A stretch of DNA of 64,000 bases, taken from NCBI RefSeq assembly GCF_009914755.1, contig NC_060926.1. The stretch is one strand, 5' to 3'. The notes below the pieces were generated by a model. The model was not told the origin of the DNA. It ran no database searches and saw only the letters and a list, made by a program, of their open reading frames with translations. Numbering within the stretch: the stretch's first letter is position 1; the number at the start of each line of letters is the position of its first letter. The DNA is from the human T2T-CHM13v2.0 reference genome, Homo sapiens. A program made the position numbers and the translations under genes. Shown one piece after another: positions 27,735-39,910 of this stretch.

Positions 27735-27897
27735 CTTTCTACTCAAAGTGTGAGGTCACAGACTAGTAGAATCAGCATCCTCTGAGGGTTGTTAGGAAGG
27801 CAGAATCCCAGGCTTCAGCCCAGATCCTACTGAGCCTGCACTGTAACAAGATCCCTGGGTGATTCCTGGCCACAGCAAAGGTTGGGAAGTGCTGCTC
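27735..27897. mobile_element. MER5A/MER5A1-like element
   Basis: ctactcaaagtgtg...gcagaatcccagg...taacaagatccctgggtgattc...ttgggaagtgctg. Confidence 0.7.
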
Positions 27898-30684
27898 TGG
27901 GTGACTCCACAGGCAGCTGTCAGCAGCACTAGTTCAGACCCCAGATTTGATTCACAGAGGTGACAAAACACCAACAGACACACACACCTTGAGTGTCCGC
28001 AGGGTGACTCTTCCCAGATGGAAACCGTCTATTCTAATTAAGAGCCGGGTTAGAATTCTTAGGAAAGATCTAGAACAGTGAGCAGCTTTGAGGAATCCAC
28101 AGAACTGAAGTCATTGACGTGGTTTTTATCCGATGTCTCCAGTTTGTACCACTTTGTACTACTGATGCTTTAGAGGACACCAAAAGAACAGGTGTGGGGT
28201 TCTTTCCCTGAAGAGTATGTGGTCTAGTTAGGGAGACAGAAGCCACAGAAGTGAAATCAAGGAGAGCAACACAGGGCCAAATCGTGCGTGTGTAACCTCT
28301 GAAATGGGACTTGGAGGAGAAGTCAGTGCAGGTGAGGCTTTCCTAGGGAAACGGATGCATGGGAGATCTTGAAATATGAGCCTAATTCAGACAGGCCTGG
28401 GAGATGGAGAGAGTATATTCCAGGCAGGGAGTGGGAGGGGCAGCAGCAGTAGCTAAGTACCCCCTAGAGACTGAAGTGGGGCGGGAAACTGCTCCCCACT
28501 TGCCCCACGGAGTTTGCTTCATGCCGAGGAATCCGTTTTACATCTCAGGCCTTTTCTTCTTGATTCAACCGCCGTGCAATTTCTTTGTCAATTTTCTTAG
28601 CTGAAGGCAGTGTTGTAGGAACAGGATGGCAGCACAGGCAGAAGGGTTTGAGCCAAACCACAGATGGTGTTGTTGGAAGCTTGTGAGATCCAAAGGAAGA
28701 AGGCTGCTGATGGGTAGAAGCCCTAAGGAAAAAAATCTAAATCAGATCTGGTAACAGCCTGGGTGTGGGGAAATACCTTCAAGCCCAGAGAGGTGGCACC
28801 AAAGAAAACAGTCTGGTGAGAAGGAAACAACCTGTGGCAGCTGTAGACTCCGCAAGCAAAGCACAAACCTTTTTTTTTTCTTTTTCTTTTAAAGACAGAC
28901 TTCTCCAAGCTGAGAACTATCCCAAGGGGGCTGGTGTGCCAGCTGAGGGGCTGGCCTCAGGCAAAAGGGTGGCCAGCGTGTCTCACTTTGCTGCTTCCCA
29001 GACCAAGTGTATGTTTCAAAAAGCTCATCAGATTTAGTATCCTAGAAGGCTTCACCCTCAAGATGCCCAGCTCAGCTAAATCTTTTGAACCTGAGGGACT
29101 TGCTTATTGGCCTTGTAGGGAAGGTCACCCAATTACAATCAAGAATATGGGATTTAGGGTCAAATGATCCAGGTTTGAGTGCTGGCTCCATCACTGGGTG
29201 ATGGCTGGGCATGCCACTAACATCCTTGGGGTCTGTCTCCTTATGTGTAAAATGGGAGTGATACACCTGCTCTGCAAGATTGATTCAGGATTAAACAGAA
29301 GCAATATGCTGAGAGTTCTTTACTAACTGGAAAGAGTCACATGTGGTTGTTTCCTAGTTATATAGTCAGTATCTCAGCTTGCGGAGGTTAATTAGTCCCT
29401 TAGCTGAAGGCTGCATGGTGTCAGGGGTCGGGCAGTGGCAGACATCAGAGGCCACAGAGAGCAATGGAGAGCCACGCAAATGCCTCCTGCACCCGCTGGC
29501 TTTCTCCCTGCTTTTTCATGAGTGAAGACAGCACCGAGTCTTCTCTATACATCCCTGCAGTGGATAAGATGAGGGGTGGGAAAGATGGAAAGAACACTTT
29601 ATTTTTACAGTGGGGGAAGAGGTCCTGCTCATCAGCAAGGGTGGCCCTCTTCTCAGAACTGGATTAGAGTCAAAGGAAGCCACCAGTTTTAGCACAGCTG
29701 GTCTTCTCTTCAGATGCTTTGACCTGCGTATGCATGAGGAAGAGAAGCAGCCTAGAGAGAGCTGGCCATGGGAAAAGGAGGCTGAGCCTGGTTCCAAGGC
29801 TGAGACTGTTGCATGTTCTGTCTTCCTTCCCTCTGATACTGCCCTCTGAAGCACCGTGACCCATGCTTTGTGCTCAGTAATGCTGGCTGTGGTCCTGAGG
29901 ATGCCAGTGTAGCCAAATCTGCCAACTCAGCTTTCATGGGGTGGGGGTGGGGTCACTGTGAGGTGGCTACGGGGAGCTGGCAGCAAGCTGGATACATATC
30001 TTTTATTGTAAGAAGTAAGCAATACCTGATGCCAAGGTAGTTGTCATGGCATTATTTATAACAGCTAAAAATTAGAAACCATAACGAAAAGCAATAAGGG
30101 AATAGTAAAATGCATTGTGGTTCAGCCACATGATGTGATATTGCTGGCTATTATGAATATTTTGAAAGAATTCTTAATGGGATATCCTGTTAAGTAAAAA
30201 GAGCAAAGTATTAATTTATAAATCCAATGAGATCTCAGCTCGTTTTCTTCATACCTTTTTGTATTTTTGAAGTTGCTTATACTAAATATGCATTACCCTT
30301 ATCTTCACCACGGCATTTTTAAAAAGGAAATTATGTGTTGGGAAAAGCTAGGTTATATGATGGACAGATAATGAAGGTCTGTTTCTAATCGTGCCACATG
30401 GCCAGTGCTGCTTGTCAGCAGGCGCTCTGTTCACAGGGCCTTGAAAAAGCCAGAACTCGGGGCTTTTGTTCCAGTTCCACATACTCCCATTACCTTTCTA
30501 AACCTCAGTTTTTCCTTATCTCTAAAATGGGAATGATGGTAGCTGCTCTTCCTAGCCTACTGTGTGAAATTTACAAATTTAGTTACAGATTTCCAGATTC
30601 ACTCACGAGTGTTTTAGACTGTAGTGTGTGATCCAAATGTAAAGTGGTATTATTCACTAATATGTAGAATAAAGAATGCCCCAC

Positions 30685-31036
30685 TGTCTTAGCCCATTTG
30701 GGCAGCTACAACAAGATACCGTAAACTGAGTGGCTTATAAACAACAGAGTTTCATTTCTCATGGTTCTGGATGCTGGGAAGTCCAGTGTCCAGGTGCCAG
30801 CAGATTCAGTGTCTGGTAAGGGCCCACTTTCTGGTTCATAGCTGTGTCTCCACATGGTGGAAGGGGTGAGAGGGTTCCCCTGGGCCTCCTTTGCGAGTGC
30901 ACTAATCCCATTCATGAGGACTTCACTGTCATGAGTTAATCACCTCCCAACGGTTCCACCTTCAGATACCATCACATTGGGAGTGGGGATTTCAACATAA
31001 GTATTTTGAGGGGACGTAAACATTCAGACCTTGGCA
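30685..31036. mobile_element. MLT1A-type solo LTR (ERVL-MaLR)
   Basis: TG...CA termini, perfect 5-bp TSD cccac (30680-30684 and 31037-31041), and MLT1A motifs ggcttataaacaacag and gccagcagattcagtgtctggt. Confidence 0.9.
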
Positions 31037-31744
31037 CCCACTAAGGCTTGGGCTTGATGAAGCTAAGCACAGGGACAGTTCATTATGATTATTCCTGTGT
31101 ACGCACAGCTTTTCCCAGCTGGGCTGGGGAGTCCACGTGTCCTCCGGTTACTTAAGGAGCTGGGTTATCTGGAGCCCCAGATGGGCTGCTTAGTAATCGA
31201 ATCTGCTGCTCTTTTCTACAAGGCTGCCTGGGGCTGAGAAGGCCAGAAGATAAGTATCTCCAGTCAACCCAAGCAGAATTGACCATTAGAGGGCCATGCT
31301 GGGTGAGCCCCAGACATTACTGTCAGCGCTGAATGCAGTCCAGGCCCTCTGCTCCAGGGACACAGACCGTTAGAGTAGGTCAGAGAGCTGGAGGCTCAGC
31401 CCCAGCGGAGCGGAGGTTGGGAGGCTGAGGTATGAGATGCTTTCCAGGATTCCTCTTTCAGGGAAGTGGCAAGTGAAAGCATTTGTCCCTGTTTTAACCA
31501 CTCCAGTCTCATGTCTTCTCTCTTCTTTGTCCCCTCTTGTAGACTTTTGATATACTAGTGTGGATTATTAGTCTTATCTCCCAGATGGGCTGTGGTCTCT
31601 TTCAGGATAGAGACCATGCCCCTCAGGAGAGGTGTGTGTATTAAAGCATATTAATGCCTTTTTTCTCTTGTCAAAGTCTGTCTGATCTGGCCAGCTCCTC
31701 CTGAATTTGCTAATTTAATATTTTCCATTCTGAATTTGTAACTT

Positions 31745-32034
31745 TTTGTTGTTTTGCTTTGAGATGGGTTCTCACTCTGTCACCTGAGCTGGAGTGCAGT
31801 GGTGCATGGCTCACTGCAGCCTCGAGCTCCCAGGTCAAGGGATCCTCCTGCCTCAGCCTCTTGAGTAGCTGGGACCACCGGTGTGTGCCACCGTGCCCAG
31901 CTAATTTCTAACTTTTTTAGAGATGGGGTCTTGCTGTGTTGCCCAGCTGGTCTCAAACTCCTGGGCTCAAGCAATCCTCCTGCCTCAGTCTCCCAAAGTG
32001 CTGTGATTATAGGCATGAGTCACTGTGCCTGGCC
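31745..32034 (-). mobile_element. AluJ, antisense
   Basis: J diagnostics gctcactgcagcctcg and ctcctgggctcaagcaatcctcc. Confidence 0.88.
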
Positions 32035-33051
32035 TATTTTCTGTTTTCACTATCTAACATTGATACCTTTCCTCCCTTTGTGATAGATTCCCCTACTGAT
32101 CCCTGCAGCCTTTGGACATCAGAATGTACCTAGAACACTGACCACTGGAACACTGCCTTCATCTCAAACATTTTTGTCACTCCTTTGGAATGGCCCTCAC
32201 AGCCAAGACCATTCTTTTCAATACCTTCAATTGTGGCAAAGTCTTATCTTTTGAGGGCACATTTTATCCTATCAAACAACCACAATCCATCCACAGCTAA
32301 GTCTGGTGACTAACGGGGTGGGTAAACTGGATAATATTGTTTGGGGTTTGAAATGAGGTGTGTCCTTTGAAGAGTTGTGACTGATTTTCTTATGTGGCTC
32401 TGAAGTTAATTCTAAAAGACTTCCCAAAAGACAGAGCGATGGCCACCTACCAGCATAAAGTTATAGGCTTCTCCCAAGGTGGCTTCTTTGAAGGGTAGCC
32501 ACCTTCTGTGTGGCATCTATTTCACATGTCTCATTATTTTCATCTCCCTCTTCCTATTAGCCATAGCATCTGGTACAGTGGTGATCACACCAACTCCTAG
32601 ATAAATGACTGTTTGGCTTATGATGGTGACTTCAAATTTGCTGGACACAGTGAATATGGACACAGTGCATGGTAGAGGGAAAGAGTGTGGTTAGGTTTTG
32701 GAAGTGGACCTGGGCGTCAGTCTTCCATAGACACATGATCACAGGCCTGGAAATCTATGTTTTCATAAGTCCTCCAGGTGATTCTGATGCAAGCTAAAAT
32801 TGAGACCCACGGCTCTGCAAAACTGGGGCCAATAACACTGCATCATTTAAGTGAGGATCAAATGAGACCATTTATTAAATGCATCTGGCCCCAGTGCTCA
32901 ATAAATATGTTTCCTTTTCATCCTACTCTTTGAGAAAGGTGACATAGCTGTTTGCATCTCCAAAAACATTTAAGTCCAACCCCATCTGCCTCCCCCCACC
33001 ACACACACACCCACCCATCCATCCTTCCTTTAAAAACTGGCTGCTTTGGAA

Positions 33052-33215
33052 CCGTGGTCCTCAGCCCTGGCTACACGTGGGGAGCTTTTAAAACTCCCAT
33101 TGCCCAGCCTGCACCTGAGACCTATTAAATCTGAATCTCTGGGGATAGAGCCCAGGCATCTGTTTTTTAAGGTTCCTCTGGTGACTCCAGTGAGCAGCAA
33201 AACTGAGAACCACCG
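33052..33215. mobile_element. MER5-family element
   Basis: gtggtcctcagccctggct...gaatctctgggg...gcccaggcatc...ctgagaaccac. Confidence 0.65.
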
Positions 33216-34469
33216 ACTTTGGTTCTGCCCCAGTTAAGTATGGGGACCAGTGACTCTTTCTCATCTCTGGAACCTGGAGCTGGGTGTGTTTCTCCTATCA
33301 GGCAGCCCCTGTACAGCAGCCACAAGCCTCATAGAAGTGTCACTAGACCTCTCCCAATTGCATTTGACCTTTATTTCCTCCATTCTCAGCTTCTTGCAAA
33401 TTGGCTCCAGCTTGGAATTTCACCACCAACCAATAGACTGATCCCAGCTGGCTTAATTAGCCTCAGTCATCTCTTTACCTGCTGAAATCCATTCTGTTTC
33501 TAAGCCATTTAACCTTATAGGGTAATAGGCATATTGTTTTGATACCTGAATGGCCACAGGCATTAGGCATGTGAGTCCTAATCACTCTAAAAGTCTAGCT
33601 AATTAGGCAGCCAACCCCTCTGTGTTACTGGTGACAGACATCTTGGGGCCTCACTCCAGGCTGTGTTCATATGGAAGTCAGGAACCAAGATCATCTTGAC
33701 CAAGAGCAGATCATCCTTAGATTCATGACCTAAGTAGCGATCCCTAAGCCATGCTCGGAGCAATGACCTAAAAGTTAAGATGTTTTTAAGATAACGAAGC
33801 TCTGGGCAAAGAGGTTTTTCCTGGATGAACTGTAGCATATCTCTGCTGACAATTTTTGGACATTTCAGTTTTGTTTTATCTTTTGACTGGCTGCCTGGTG
33901 CTTAAGTGGTTGTTAACTTTAGCTGGGATCAAACGTTTCAGAATGTGAGTTTCCACCTCGGGGAGAGTAACTATAAATTTGTGCATATGAAAATGTCCAG
34001 GGGGAAAAAAAACAAACCCAAAACAAACCCAAAACAAAAAGAAACACCTTTTTCTCCACCTGCGGCATAGATAGATACTGTGGCAGGGTTGGACCTGCTG
34101 CTTTTATGGAACACTGCAGAGCCACATCTGATAACATTCCCCCACCCTCCCAGCACTACTGTGACCGGCACCTGTGTCTGCTAAGGCCCACAGCACTTAG
34201 TCCCTTCTTCCCCCGCCGACCCCATCTGAACTCTGATGCTGGTTCTTAGTCCTACTCTTAACATTCCAGGTGTTCTCCTAAGGTGAATGGGTGCACACTT
34301 AAAGACATGAGGCTCCCCTCATGAAATTTTTGTCACTGTATTTAAAAAAGTATTAGCCCTTCTTCCCAAAGTATGTGTGAGCATCCAGGTTGTGGGAAAG
34401 TATCAACACAGCACAGGGAACATCAAAGTTGTACAGTAAATGATAGTCTCCTTGCTGCCAATGGAAAAA

Positions 34470-35220
34470 CTTTTGATCTTGGACCCAGAAGAACTAGGTT
34501 TGAGACAATGTTTTTAGCAAATTATTTAATCTCTCTAAATCTCCACATCCTCATCTATTAAATGGAGATGATAGTTTCTATCTCTCAGGGTTGTGAGAAT
34601 CAAATGAGATAACACATGTTAAGAAGAAGTGCTTTCTGTAAAGGCATTATTATTTGTCCTTTTAGGTTCAGCTGAAATCCCACCTCCCTGACTTTTGAAC
34701 CAAGAGGCTGCCTAAGATTCTCAATCTTCCTTTTTCTGGAAGCTAAGGTGTTGCTGTTTCTTTATTTCTTGCCAAAGCCACTATCTCCTACAGTTAAGCA
34801 GTGAAAAGAGTATTCGCCTAGGAAGAGCAGGGTTCTAGCCCTAGCTCTGCCACTGATTAGCTGGGTTGCTCTAGGCAAGTAACTTACCTGCTCAAGTGTC
34901 TGTTTCCAGATCTGTGAAAGGGGAACAGTGACAGTACCTGTCTTGCCTACCTCACTTGGTTGCAAGGATGGAATTAGATAGGGATCCCCTGTGTGTTTCC
35001 GGACTTCTAAGTGTCTGCTCACTGACTATAAACCCTTAAATGGCTTATGTAGGCATTGGCTTTGTGACATTGGGCAAATGACATATTATTTCTGAGCGTC
35101 AGTTTCCACATCTCTAAACTGTGTAAACAATACCTACTTTATTTTGTTGTTAGGAAGAGTATAATGAACTAATATATGAAAGGTTCTTGATAGAGCACCA
35201 GGCACAAAAAGCACAGCAAG
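34470..35220 (+). mobile_element. Cluster of about 3 MIR fragments
   Basis: Repeated MIR core variants: ctcatctattaaatggagatgatag; gtttccagatctgtgaaagggg; cagtttccacatctctaaa. Boundaries approximate. Confidence 0.65.
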
Positions 35221-36149
35221 ACTCATATATCAGATGCCATTGTCAGAGCATTGACTCCAGATTGCCTTTTCCCTACCTGGCTTTTCCTCTCTGCCTCTTC
35301 TTCGAGGAAGGGGCCAATGGCAGAGGGAAGCTTTGTGCATGCAGATATTGGCGTTAATGCCATAGCCTGTGCTGGGATTGCTTTTGCTTCAGGATGGCTT
35401 CCCTTGGCCCCTGATGACGAGGTTATGTGTTGATGATGCTTTTGTTGGAGAGCACAAGGGTTAGTAATGAAATCCAGCATCTTTCACCTGACCCTCCTGA
35501 TCCAAAGGCATGATGTGTGCGGTTTCAGCATCCTGCCCTCTTCCCATCTTCCTTTCCTGTGCCAGAATACTTGCAATTCTTTAACTTTTTCTCCACAATC
35601 AGGTCAGGATTAAAATGCACGTGGGAGGGACTAATATAAAAACTGCCACTAAAGGTCTAATCAGGGCAAGTCCTGAGAAGGTGGGGAAAGGGGGGTGCAG
35701 GGGTAGGTGTCCTGAAGGTTGGAAGTCAGGGAGAGAGGGAAACAGGGATTAGATAAAGGAAGCAGAGAAGGGAGACATGACGAGAAAAATAGTTTCACTC
35801 ATTTCACAATTTTTCTGAAGGTTCTTCTTGACCATCAACAGCTGTTGGACGATTCATCCTTTAATCCGAGTATATGATGCTTAATCCATCCACGGAGCTG
35901 GATAGTCTGTCTTTTTAAATGAAGTATGTTGTAAAATCAAAACAGTGCTTCTGCCCCAAATCTTGAGGGATTTGAGAGGCATGCTCACATTCCATGAATC
36001 CCAAAATACAGATTTTCTGTCCAAATAGCAGGCTGCAAAGCCAAACAAAAGGAGAAGCAGCCTCTGGGATCTCAGATGGCAGGACAGAACGAGCCAGCTA
36101 GAGCTGATTGGATTGAGGCCTTGAAACCTATGAACTTCGCTGGATGCTT

Positions 36150-36280
36150 TTTTATTTTATCTTATTTATATTTTTATAGAGACAGGGTCTCACTATATTG
36201 CCCGGGCTGGTCTTGAACTCCTGGGCCCAGGTGATTCTCCCATCTGGGACTACAGGTCCAAATACTACCATGCCTGGCTT
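36150..36280 (-). mobile_element. FLAM / Alu monomer, antisense
   Basis: agagacagggtctcactatattgcccgggctggtcttgaactcctgggc. gatgcttttt TSD on both sides. Confidence 0.8.
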
Positions 36281-36469
36281 AGATGCTTTTTAAAAAAATA
36301 AAAAACATACTTGTTTCTTCATTAAATACGCAATATAGGTTATTTATAGAAACACAAGAAAATACAGATAAGCATTACAAAGCAAAACAAAAACCAAAAA
36401 AACTCCCTTTAACCTCACTACCATGCAACTGCTAACATTTTTGAGTAGAAGGAGACAGGACAGTCATTG

Positions 36470-37070
36470 GTGGTTAAGTGCCATGATTCTGGGGCCCACC
36501 TTCCCAGTGCAAAGCCCGACTTCCCCATTTACCTGCTGGAGGCCACAGGTAAATTACTTGGCCTCTATGGGGCAGTTTCCTCATATGTAAATTAGGTATA
36601 ATAATAATAATAATAATGCCTACTTCCAAGGGCAGTTGTGTGAGTTTAAATAAGCCAAGGTAGTACTGCTTAAAACAGTCCTTGTAAGCACTATGTCTGT
36701 GATACCTATAATAATAGTTATTATGCATCTAGCCTTTCTCCTATATAATTTATAGGAAGTATTATGTATAATACATTTCTGTGAAAATAGAATTGTCCTG
36801 TACTGTTTTGTAACTTTTTAACTCTTATGATTGTCTTTTCATGGCCATCTTTTTAATTAGTATTAGCTAACATTGATTGCTTACAGTTGGAACAGGCTTA
36901 GTGCTAAAGATTTTACATAAATTATCACATTTAGTCCTCACAGTTAACTCTGTAGGGTAAGCACTATTGTTACCATTTTACAGATGAGGAGACTGAGGCT
37001 AAGCAGTTTAAATGATTTATTTACAGAGCTAACAAGCAGAGAAGTTAGAACTCCAATCTAAACATTCTGG
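36470..37070. mobile_element. MIR fragments in both orientations
   Basis: cagtttcctcatatgtaaa (+) and ccattttacagatgaggagactgaggct (-). Boundaries approximate. Confidence 0.7.
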
Positions 37071-37606
37071 CTTTTAAATATTGCCTGTGCTAGAACTTGC
37101 CATGGACTTTATAAGAAAGTCCAGGATTTCTTTAGGACTTCTAAAAGAGGCAGGCTTCAGTGCGTGTCATCTTTCGTTCCATCCTGCAGCAAAGAGGAGA
37201 ATGAGGCTGAGACAGCCTGGCAACCTATGCTGGCAGGGCTTAGAGAGAAAATGTTTGTGCCCACTCCTTTTTAATCCTTGACAGAACGCACGTTGGTACT
37301 CTAGACTGTTGGGTGTCTGGCTAACTGTTCTGGGGCTGTAATGGCATTTTCAGTTTTTACTGTGGAAATCACTTTCTGGTATGAAGCGGGATCTAGGGTT
37401 CAGTACTACTCTTAATTTTTTCTGATTGTGTCTTATGCAGAAAAAGAACCTTAAAGCAGTTTTTTTATCTTGTTCTCCAGAGCCCTTGACAAAGCCATCT
37501 GAGCCACTGATCATAGCTTCCTTACCCTTCTCTTTCCATCCCTGGACATTCACCCCTATCCCCAGATATTCCAGGGCTAGGTCCCAGGCATTGGTAGTTA
37601 ATTTAA

Positions 37607-38098
<492 letters not shown>

Positions 38099-39690
38099 TA
38101 GGCTGGGCAGATGCCAGCCTTACCAGCATGTTCCTATATGCAGGGGACCCTTCTGCTGCCAGAGCTGGAAAGTCACCCCACTACAGAACTTTCACCCACA
38201 GAAACACCATCATGAGTGATTTATTCCTTCATGTTAAACATCTCTCTTCCAGCAGTGACCTTTACCGTGAATCCAGCTGTGAGAGGAGGGCAGGGACAGG
38301 ACCAGGGAAGAACATGGGCACCCAGAGGCTGTGGAGAACACGGGCTGGGAGAACCAAGGACGGCTTTTGCTGACTTCTCAATTTGTTGCCATCTGGCCAT
38401 AAGACCCATCCTCCACACTAGATTGAGTCCGCAGGAAGCATTCTAATCCTTAACTTCCAGTGCCTTCTCCAGAACAGCAAGAAGGTGTGCCCGGATGATC
38501 TTTTCCCTCTGAGAAGCCAGTTAGGCCAAGTAAATCATTTAGTCTCTCTGAACATTGGTTTCCTCGTGTATAAAATGGGGTTAAACATACTTCTTGCCCA
38601 GGGTGTCGGTGAGAATGGACTGAAATGATGTCCATAAAGCACCTGGCCTGGCTGAGCTCACTCACACTGGGGAGTCCTTGACATCACCCCTCCCTCGGAA
38701 AATAACTGGTTCTCCCCTCCCTAGCACCTCTGCAACTCCAAAGTTCACAAGACATTTGCTTTTTCTCAGTTACATTCTTCAAGAAACCATTTCCTATGCG
38801 TCCTGACCAGAAACAGGTGTCTTGAGTAGTCTTCTGGTTTCAGATCCTAGGTGACATTCTCGTCAGGGGTGTCAGTTCTGTAAGGACGCTGGGCAACGAG
38901 TTGTGCTCCTCCCCACCTGGTCTGGTGCCACAGGTGGGGACAGTGTCTGACGGGTGAGCATGAGGGAGGCACTCAGGGAGGGAAGGTTCTTTTGTGGTTG
39001 TTTTTCAGTTTTCCGGAGTAAGCCTGGTGCCTTGGAGACGGTGGACTCCGCCATCCTGTTATGAAGTGGCTATTCTGGGAAAGAGGGAATCCAGTGTGAG
39101 GCTGGGAGGCCAGACCAGAATGTACTATTCTGGTCCCTGTAGTACAGGAAGGATATGGGGGACAGACTTTCAGAAAATAGGACGACAGCTCAGTGGGCCT
39201 GGGGTTGGAGGGCTAGGCCTAAAGAGGCGAAATGTGCAGACAAGAGCAGGAGAGCCAAGGGGGAAGATATGCTCCATAAATACTTTCAAAGAACAATGCA
39301 AGACAATGGCAGATACATGATCCTAGATGCTGCAAAGAGAGAACAGTGGGCTGAGCCCTGGCAAGGCTTGGATTGCTGGATATAAGAAAGGCTGGGAGAC
39401 TCCATCACAGGGCATTTGTGTACCCCTCCCTTTAAAAAGGCTTGTCTTACTGGATAACTGAGGGCCAAGTTGGCTAATGTTGCAATCATCTTTACATAAA
39501 AAGAGTAGACAGTGGAGGATTTAATGACTGGATGGAGGCCCCTTCCCCACAGTGAGAACCCTCTCCCCTGCTTTCCTGCTGTGGTACTTGAGATTTTGCT
39601 CTTAGACATTAATTCCTTTGGATTAATCATTGCTTCTTTCATCACCACTCCCAATTCCTCCACCCACACAAAGCCCCAGAAGGGGTAATA

Positions 39691-39910
39691 CAGGTTGAGT
39701 ATCCCTTATCCGAAATGCTTGGGAGCAGAAGTGCTTTTGATTTTTTAATTTTTTCAGATTTTGGAATGCTTGCATTGTATTTATCAGTTGAGCATCCCTA
39801 ACCCAAAAATCTGAAATTTGAAATGGTCCAATGAGCATTTCCTTTGAATGTTGTGTTGGATTTTGGAGCATTTCAGATTTCAGGTTTTCAGATTAGGGAC
39901 AGTCAACCTG
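39691..39910. mobile_element. Tigger4a-like MITE (TcMar-Tigger)
   Basis: TIRs caggttgagtatccct / agggacagtcaacctg, with a TA TSD on both sides (39689-39690 and 39911-39912). Confidence 0.88.
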
